A DNA stretch of 48,313 nucleotides, taken from Lentisphaeria bacterium (GTDB lineage: Bacteria > Verrucomicrobiota > Lentisphaeria > Victivallales > Victivallaceae). Shown in pieces: positions 42,275 to 48,313 of the stretch (position 1 is the first letter of the stretch; the number at the start of each line of letters is the position of its first letter). The notes beneath the pieces are model-generated. The model was not told the origin of the DNA, did no database searches, and was given only the letters and a program-made list of their open reading frames with translations. The stretch lies in NCBI GenBank assembly GCA_017414565.1, contig JAFQLP010000021.1, positions 1 through 48,313 on the forward strand. The letters are read 5' to 3'. The position numbers and the translations under genes were made by a program.

Positions 42275-44544
42275 AAAAGCCGTCATCTGCTGTGCCGTCA
42301 CCGGTCCGCCCGGTTTACCGGGTACTGCCGCCGGTGTTGTTGTGGTTGTGGGGCATGGCGGCGGCCCGGCTGTTCCGGTGCTGCGACCGGGTGGATGCCA
42401 CTTTTTTCCGGATGGTACTGGTGCCGGACCGGCCGTGGTTGACGATCCCGCTGTCTCTGCTGCCGCTGTTGCTGTTGCCGCTGTTGCGGCGGCGGAACCG
42501 TGATCCGGAACAGTTGACGGTGGTGTTGGCCCCGCTGGCCGGGGTGTTGCCGCTGCTTTATCTGCCGCCCAATCTGTGGTCGGTGGCGATACTGGCAGGG
42601 GTGACCGGATGGACGGGATTCCGGATGGTGCGGGCCGGATCGCTGCCGCCGTTGCCGGTGTGGTGCGCCCGGCATCCGCGCTGGTGCGCCGCTGCGGTCT
42701 GGCTGCTGATTGTGCTGTTGGCGGGTCAGGCGTATGCGGCATCGGTGACGGCGTTTGACCATCTGTATCTGGCGGCAACGGATTGGGCGACCTACGCAGA
42801 GGCGGCGTATCACACCTTTGCCGGTCGCTGGTTTTACGCGGATTATCCGGAACCGTGCTGGTCGGCGGGCCATTTCATGCCCGGTTTTTTTCTGCTGACG
42901 GCACCGTGGTTCGGCTGGTTTCCTTCGGCGCACACGGCTTTTGTGCTGAATGGGTTGCTGTTGTTCGGCAGCGGCGGCCTGCTTTACCATCTCGGCCGCC
43001 GGAGCGGGATCGATCCGTTTACCGCCGGAGCCGCGGCCGGGGTCTGGTTGCTGCACCCGTCGGTCAGCAATTTGAATCTTTGCAATTTTTACGGATTCAA
43101 CGGGGAATATCTGTTTATTCCGTTTTTTTTCCTGTTCCTCCGGAGCCATGAACAGGGATGCCGCAAAACGGCGTGGCTGTTGGCACTGCTGACCTTGAGT
43201 TTCAAGGAGACATTTGCGGTTTTCTGGGCCGGTTGGGGGATGATGCAGTTGGCGGCATGGTGTGCGGGCGGCGGCCGGGCCCGGTTGCGTGAAGGGCTGG
43301 CGGCCTGTATCATCGGCGGGGTGTATTACTGGATCTGCATCCGCTGGATCATTCCCCGGGGGGGCGGTGGAGAATACATCTTTTTTTCCCAGTACGCTCA
43401 ACTGGGGGATGATATCCCCTCCATTTTACTGTCGCCGCTGCAGCGTCCGGCGGCGTTTTGGGGAACCTTGATCCATCCGAAAAATCTGTTCGTCCTGCTG
43501 ATGATCCTGCTGCCGTTTCTGCCCGGCGCGCTGGCCCGGTGGCCGATCCTCGGAGCCCCGGTGCTGGTGATCGGATTTCATTTTCTCCGGGTCAGCCGGG
43601 ATGTGGTCAATCTGTCGCAGCATTATCAGTTGACATTGCTCTGTTGCGGGGCCGGGGCATTGCTGTGGGGGATCCCCCGGCTTTGTCCGGGCGGGCGGCT
43701 GGATCGCTGGCTCTGTGCCGGATTCCGGCCGATGGCGGGGCGCGGACGGCTGCGTTATGCGGCCGCGCTGTCATCGCTGTTGATGGCGGTGATCGGTCAC
43801 TGGTTCCTGGCGCAGAGTTTTTATGGTCCGAATTCATTGCGGGCGGCAACGGCTTTGCCCGACGGCCGGGCGGCCATCGCCGATTTGAAGCAGATCATTC
43901 CCGCCGGTGAAAAAATGGCCGCGGATGAATCGACGGCCGGGCATTTTCTGTTCCGCAATCCGGTGATCCGGCTGAACAGCGGTGATCCCGATGCGGATTG
44001 GGCTTTGGAGATGCAGGGCGACTGGAAATCGCCGGATGCGGTTGCGGTTCACGCGGCATTGCTGGCGAATCCGGCGTGGCATCCGGTTTGGTTCCGGCGC
44101 GACGGCGTGCGGAAATATTATCTTTTCAGCCGCCGTCCGGAGATGGCATTGCCGGTGCCGGTTCCGGAAGCGGTGCCGCCGGGTGCGGTTCCGTTTTTCC
44201 GGCAGAACGGTTTGACACTGTGGCAGGCCGGAAACCGGATCATCGGGCATGGACGGCTGTTGCCGGGGAACTGGCACGGGTATCCGGAGATCCGGGTGGC
44301 GGTGGCGTTTTCCGACGGCTCGGTAAAGGAAATTCCCCTGTTGCCGGGCAAGGGGCTGATCCCGTTGCACGAGCTGTCAGCGGGGACGGTGTGGAGCGGC
44401 AGTATGGAAATCCCGGCGGGGATTGTCCCGGTGGATGCGGCGGCGGCCGTGCGGCCGATCGGAGCCGCGCCGAACATCGGGCTGCCGCCGACCGGCGTGG
44501 TGATCGATGGTTTGCGTTTTTCGACAGGAGATAACAGGCGATGA
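42271..44544 (+). CDS. Large polytopic membrane protein, DUF2079-like (putative GT-C-fold glycosyltransferase)
   Basis: About 12 or more TM helices, followed by a soluble C-terminal domain of about 250 aa. The segment FDHLYLAATDW...GHFMPGFFLLTAPWFGWFPS...LLHPSVSNLNLCNFYGFNGEYL resembles the DUF2079 pattern as I remember it. This is unverified. Confidence 0.55.
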   Translation: MKKPSSAVPSPVRPVYRVLPPVLLWLWGMAAARLFRCCDRVDATFFRMVLVPDRPWLTIPLSLLPLLLLPLLRRRNRDPEQLTVVLAPLAGVLPLLYLPPNLWSVAILAGVTGWTGFRMVRAGSLPPLPVWCARHPRWCAAAVWLLIVLLAGQAYAASVTAFDHLYLAATDWATYAEAAYHTFAGRWFYADYPEPCWSAGHFMPGFFLLTAPWFGWFPSAHTAFVLNGLLLFGSGGLLYHLGRRSGIDPFTAGAAAGVWLLHPSVSNLNLCNFYGFNGEYLFIPFFFLFLRSHEQGCRKTAWLLALLTLSFKETFAVFWAGWGMMQLAAWCAGGGRARLREGLAACIIGGVYYWICIRWIIPRGGGGEYIFFSQYAQLGDDIPSILLSPLQRPAAFWGTLIHPKNLFVLLMILLPFLPGALARWPILGAPVLVIGFHFLRVSRDVVNLSQHYQLTLLCCGAGALLWGIPRLCPGGRLDRWLCAGFRPMAGRGRLRYAAALSSLLMAVIGHWFLAQSFYGPNSLRAATALPDGRAAIADLKQIIPAGEKMAADESTAGHFLFRNPVIRLNSGDPDADWALEMQGDWKSPDAVAVHAALLANPAWHPVWFRRDGVRKYYLFSRRPEMALPVPVPEAVPPGAVPFFRQNGLTLWQAGNRIIGHGRLLPGNWHGYPEIRVAVAFSDGSVKEIPLLPGKGLIPLHELSAGTVWSGSMEIPAGIVPVDAAAAVRPIGAAPNIGLPPTGVVIDGLRFSTGDNRR

Positions 44545-47504
44545 AGTGGTTGGGTAAATGGTTTTTTATGATGACGGCGGCCGGACTGCTGGTTGGGGCA
44601 GGCTGTGCGGGCGATCCGGTAATGGAACAGCAGCAGGATGCGGCCGGGCGGACATACACCCGGGTGGAAGGAGATCCGATCCATGCCCGCACCTACACGC
44701 TGTCCAATGGGCTGACCGTGATGCTGGCACGCAATGACCGGGCACCGCGCATCCGGAGTTTGATCGCGGTGCGCGCCGGCAGTGCCGATGATCCGTTGCG
44801 GTCCACCGGATTGGCCCATTATTTTGAACACATGATGTTCAAGGGCAATGCGGTGCTGGGATCGCTCGATTGGGACAAAGAACAGCCGTTGCTGGCGGAA
44901 CTGGCCCGGCTGTTTGAACAGCACCGGAACGAAACTGTGCCGGAGAAACGGGCGGCGATCTACCGGGAGATCGACCGGGTGTCCGCCGCTGCCGCTCCGT
45001 ATGGCAATGACGAATACTGGCAGCTCTGCCGCGCCATCGGGGCCCAGGAGACCAATGCCTGGACATCGTTTGACGAAACGGTTTATGTGAACGATATTCC
45101 GGCTTCGGTACTGGAAAAATTCCTGCAGCTTGAGAGCTGCCGGTTTTCCGGTATCGCGCTCCGCCGTTTCCACACGGAACTGGAAACGGTCTACGAAGAA
45201 TTCAATCTGCTTCAGGACCGGGATGAAAGCATGGCTTTCTGGGAGGCGATGAAACAGCTTTTTCCGCACCATGCCTACGGGCGGATGGCGATTGGTTTGC
45301 CGGAACATCTGAAAGCCCCGTCAATGAATGACATCCACGATTTTTTCCGGCGTTATTACCGCCCGTCGCAAATGGCGGTGATCCTGGTGGGTGATCTGGA
45401 TTTTGACCGCACCATGGAGATGCTCGAGCGGACATTCGGGAAATTGCCGGAGCCGCCGCCGGTTCCGCCGGAAAACAACGGCCGGGTGACGGAAAAACCG
45501 TTGACAGAGCCGGTCGTGACCGAATTGACCGGCCGGGAAAGCGAATCCGTTATGATCGCCTGGCGGTTTGAAAATACACGGGAAAACCGGGTGATGCTGA
45601 CCATGATCCAGGAATTGCTGCAGAATGGCCGGTGCGGTCTTGTGGATACGGAATTGCTGCAGCCGGGCCGGGTCCAGCATGTCGGTGTCGGGGTATTCGG
45701 TCTGCGGGATTATCTGGGGCTGGGGGTCGAAATCAAGCCGAAAGAGGGCCAGACCCTGGAGGCGGCCCGGCAGTTGCTGATGGATGAGATCCGGGAGTGG
45801 CAGGATGGCAATGTCCCGGATTGGATGCCCCGGGCGGCGGCGAACAACATCCGGCTGCGTCAGGAGATGGCCGGTGACAAACGGTCGGAGGCGGCCGGGA
45901 TCCTGAAGTCCCGTTTCATCTACGGCCGGAGCGCGGTCGATGAATTGACGGAAATAAACGATTTGGAAAAGATCACGGCGGACGGCGTTGCCGCTTTTCT
46001 CTCCGAACATCTCCGGAACAGCGTTACGGTTTACAAACGCCGCGGGGAACCGGCACACAAGATCCACGCGGAAAAACCGCCGATCACTCCGGTGACGGTG
46101 CCGGACCGGTTGTCCGCTTTTGCCGGGCAATGGCTGGCTCTGCCGTCAGATCCGCCATCGGAACCGGTTTTCGTGGATTATCAGAAGGTCCTGCCGCGGC
46201 GGGAGATCGCGCCGGGGGTGGGATTTTATGCCGCCAAAAACGAACAGAACGAATATTTCCGCCTGACCTATGCGGTATCGACCGGTGGGTTGGGGGATCA
46301 AAAATTGTCATCGGCTCTTTCGCTGTTGAATCTCATCGGGGCCGACGGGATGGATACCGCAGCGTTGCGGCGTGAATTCTACCGGCTGGCGGCATCGATA
46401 CAGATCGTCAGAGATCCGTATTATACCCGGGTGTCGGTGGCGGGATTGTCGCGCTATGCGGAGGAGACCATCCGGCTCTTTTTCCGTGCGCTGGCGTTGG
46501 CCGAGGTGACACCGGAAGCGGTGGCGGTGTACCGGGACAAAGAATTGAAAGCGCGGGCCAACCGGTGGCAGGACCCGGACCGGTATTTCCAGTACGGCAT
46601 ACATTACGCGATGTACGGCGGACGGCAGAATTATCTTTGCGATGAAATATCCGGAGAAGAATTGCGGCAACTGGAGCCCGGAGAACTGCAGCAGCGTATC
46701 CGCGGTTATCTTTCGCTGCCGGGTGATTTCGTGTATTACGGTCCGGCGGGGGCGGAAGAGGTGATGCGCCTTCTGCCGGTCCGTCCGGCAACGGCATCAT
46801 TGCCGCCCGCGCGGGAATACCGGACCGTTGCCCCGGCGCGCGATACGGTTTATTTGATCGACAGCCAACTGGCGGGGGTGAAAGTGGCACTGCTGCGGCA
46901 GGACCCGGATATCCCGGACATGCCGCAGGCTTTTGCCGCGGTTTACAACCATTGCGTCAGTCACCGTTTCTTTACGGAATTGCGGGAGCGGCAGGCGATG
47001 GCTTATGCAGTCGGCAGTTATTTCACGCTGCCGACATACTCCCGTGACAATGCGGCAGTATTCCAGGCCGTATTGGCGACTTCGCCGGACAAATTGATCG
47101 GAGCTATGGAGCAGATCAACGGGTGGCAGGCGGTTCCTCCGGTGGATCAGGAAGCGTTTGAGTCGTCCCGAAAATATCTGCTCGATGTGGTCCGCAGCAA
47201 CCGGGTGCAACCCGGCAGCTGGTATGACCGGATGAAACATCTGGAGCGCATGAAAATGACCGATCCGATGGAGGCGATATGGCAGGACCTGCCGGCGATG
47301 ACATACGAAAATTTTATGGCGGAATGCCGCCGCCGGGCCGGGGACAAACCCGCGGCATGGGTGATCGTCGGTGATCTCAAACGATTGGATAAAAAAGCAT
47401 TGAGCCGGTTCGGCGAGATCCGGGTGTTGGCCGACGGGGATATTTTTCCGGCAGCGGACAAAAAGCCGGATGGCAGAACGGATGACGGCAATCAGAAAAG
47501 GTGA
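44541..47504 (+). CDS. M16 (pitrilysin/insulinase) family zinc peptidase lipoprotein, double-module, 987 aa
   Basis: Lipobox in MKWLGKWFFMMTAAGLLVGAGC. Inverted zinc motif HYFEHMMFKG (HxxEH) with a downstream E. The second half is a non-catalytic M16-like repeat. Confidence 0.85.
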   Translation: MKWLGKWFFMMTAAGLLVGAGCAGDPVMEQQQDAAGRTYTRVEGDPIHARTYTLSNGLTVMLARNDRAPRIRSLIAVRAGSADDPLRSTGLAHYFEHMMFKGNAVLGSLDWDKEQPLLAELARLFEQHRNETVPEKRAAIYREIDRVSAAAAPYGNDEYWQLCRAIGAQETNAWTSFDETVYVNDIPASVLEKFLQLESCRFSGIALRRFHTELETVYEEFNLLQDRDESMAFWEAMKQLFPHHAYGRMAIGLPEHLKAPSMNDIHDFFRRYYRPSQMAVILVGDLDFDRTMEMLERTFGKLPEPPPVPPENNGRVTEKPLTEPVVTELTGRESESVMIAWRFENTRENRVMLTMIQELLQNGRCGLVDTELLQPGRVQHVGVGVFGLRDYLGLGVEIKPKEGQTLEAARQLLMDEIREWQDGNVPDWMPRAAANNIRLRQEMAGDKRSEAAGILKSRFIYGRSAVDELTEINDLEKITADGVAAFLSEHLRNSVTVYKRRGEPAHKIHAEKPPITPVTVPDRLSAFAGQWLALPSDPPSEPVFVDYQKVLPRREIAPGVGFYAAKNEQNEYFRLTYAVSTGGLGDQKLSSALSLLNLIGADGMDTAALRREFYRLAASIQIVRDPYYTRVSVAGLSRYAEETIRLFFRALALAEVTPEAVAVYRDKELKARANRWQDPDRYFQYGIHYAMYGGRQNYLCDEISGEELRQLEPGELQQRIRGYLSLPGDFVYYGPAGAEEVMRLLPVRPATASLPPAREYRTVAPARDTVYLIDSQLAGVKVALLRQDPDIPDMPQAFAAVYNHCVSHRFFTELRERQAMAYAVGSYFTLPTYSRDNAAVFQAVLATSPDKLIGAMEQINGWQAVPPVDQEAFESSRKYLLDVVRSNRVQPGSWYDRMKHLERMKMTDPMEAIWQDLPAMTYENFMAECRRRAGDKPAAWVIVGDLKRLDKKALSRFGEIRVLADGDIFPAADKKPDGRTDDGNQKR

Positions 47505-48064
47505 TGCAGAGAATGATTTGGTTGGAAGCTTTATTGATGGGAATCGGATTGGCCATGGATGCGCTGGCCGTGGCGGTGGCACTCGGGGTGTCGATGCGCT
47601 GTGCGTTCCATTGGAAGCTGATTCTCGGAACGGCGGCTTTTTTCGGATGGTTTCAGTTCATGATGCCGGTGATCGGCTGGCTGGGCGGCAGCCGGGTGCA
47701 TCTGTTGACGGGAATGCCCGGCCGGATCACCGCCGCCGGAATACTGTTGCTGCTGGGCGGCAAAATGATCGTTGATTCATGGCGCGGCGGGAACAAAGAA
47801 GCCCCCGTTTTCAGTTGGGGCCGGGTGATATTGCTGGCTTTTTCCACCAGTATCGATGCGCTGATCGTGGGGATCAGTTACGCTTGTATGGAACGGTCGT
47901 CGATCTGGCTGGAAGCGGTGGTGATCGGGGTCGTCACGCTGATGATTTCGGCGGCCGGCGGGGTCATCGGACGGCGGTTCGGCTGCCTGTTGGGGCCGCG
48001 CAGCGGATGTATCGGCGGCAGTGCGTTGACACTGATCGCCATCAAAACTCTGATTGTGGGGTGA
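47504..48064 (+). CDS. mntP: Manganese efflux pump MntP
   Basis: LLMGIGLAMDALAVAVALG and a second half-repeat AFSTSIDALIVGISY. The start is ambiguous (GTG 47501, ATG 47504 or ATG 47513). Confidence 0.85.
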   Translation: MQRMIWLEALLMGIGLAMDALAVAVALGVSMRCAFHWKLILGTAAFFGWFQFMMPVIGWLGGSRVHLLTGMPGRITAAGILLLLGGKMIVDSWRGGNKEAPVFSWGRVILLAFSTSIDALIVGISYACMERSSIWLEAVVIGVVTLMISAAGGVIGRRFGCLLGPRSGCIGGSALTLIAIKTLIVG

Positions 48065-48068
48065 AGCG

Positions 48069-48313
48069 ATGAAAATACCGTTGTGGCAGCGGGTATGGCT
48101 GTTGTACTGGACATTTTTCAAGATCGCGGCATTTGTCGTCGGCGGCGGGCTGGCCATGCTGCCGGTGATCGAACAGGTTTTTGTGGTCCGCAAGCAGATC
48201 TTGAGCAGAGAGGAATTGCTCGATATGGTGGCACTGACCCAGATGGTGCCGGGGATCGTGGCTGTCAATTCGGCCGTTTATGTGGGTTCCAAAGTCGCCG
48301 GATACATGGGGGC
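48069..48313 (+). CDS. Chromate-transporter (ChrA) family protein, N-terminal part (continues beyond the window)
   Basis: I translated from ATG 48069: MKIPLWQRVWLLYWTFFKIAAFVVGGGLAMLPVIEQVFVVRKQILSREELLDMVALTQMVPGIVAVNSAVYVGSKVAGYMG. The FKIG/GGG...P....Q..PG pattern is typical of ChrA. There is no stop in the window, so it is absent from the ORF track. Confidence 0.7.
   Translation, partial: MKIPLWQRVWLLYWTFFKIAAFVVGGGLAMLPVIEQVFVVRKQILSREELLDMVALTQMVPGIVAVNSAVYVGSKVAGYMG

Noticed and set aside
41210-42778. A 522-aa minus-strand ORF. Similar long minus ORFs occur at 28646..29746, 31073..32176, 3588..4769 and 6340..7251.
   Set aside because: All lie antisense to motif-supported + strand genes. 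All are P/R/G-rich low-complexity translations that cross gene boundaries.
47440-47503. I looked for a yybP-ykoY Mn riboswitch upstream of mntP.
   Set aside because: The mntP start overlaps the stop of the M16 peptidase gene. There is no non-coding leader in which a riboswitch could sit.

Overview
This is a visibly GC-rich, very tightly packed chromosomal segment with many 4-nt ATGA stop/start overlaps. It reads as core genome of a diderm bacterium (GT9 heptosyltransferase, several lipobox lipoproteins). The taxon cannot be fixed from sequence alone.

I can support 48 protein-coding genes. Two are partial at the window edges and are missing from the ORF track because they have no in-window stop: valS at the left edge and a ChrA-family gene at the right edge. 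By eye I found no rRNA, tRNA, CRISPR array, transposase or integrase. Most genes are housekeeping: valS, fmt, rng, folK, gmk, coaC, hflX, queA, rsmG, proB, mreB, nadK, purD, mtaB, nadD, rsfS, mntP.

Two things stand out.
1. A Nudix-led operon at about 1.2-9.5 kb encodes RfbF/RfbG/RfbH (the CDP-3,6-dideoxyhexose E1 pathway), a YerE-like ThDP enzyme, a polyprenyl-phosphate-type GT2 and an extended SDR. No E3 reductase, flippase or GT-C transferase is adjacent.
2. A perfect head-to-tail array of six and a fraction copies of a 54-56 bp unit lies at 16970-17316. It is wedged between a stop codon and a strong bidirectional intrinsic terminator. It is non-coding and is not a CRISPR.

Smaller oddities:
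- An orphan sigma-54 activator is translationally coupled to fmt and rng.
- An orphan PyrK-like flavoprotein and a signal-less heparinase II/III-like gene sit in one operon with hflX.
- mreB is followed by a DUF2156 gene rather than mreCD.
- nadD appears to have a near-leaderless promoter.
- The promoter pattern TTGCAA-N17-TATATT recurs at several sites.

The many long R/P/G-rich ORFs antisense to real genes are treated as GC-composition artefacts. I see no clear-cut novel system such as a defence island. The findings are hypotheses that need database, structure and transcript checks I cannot run here.
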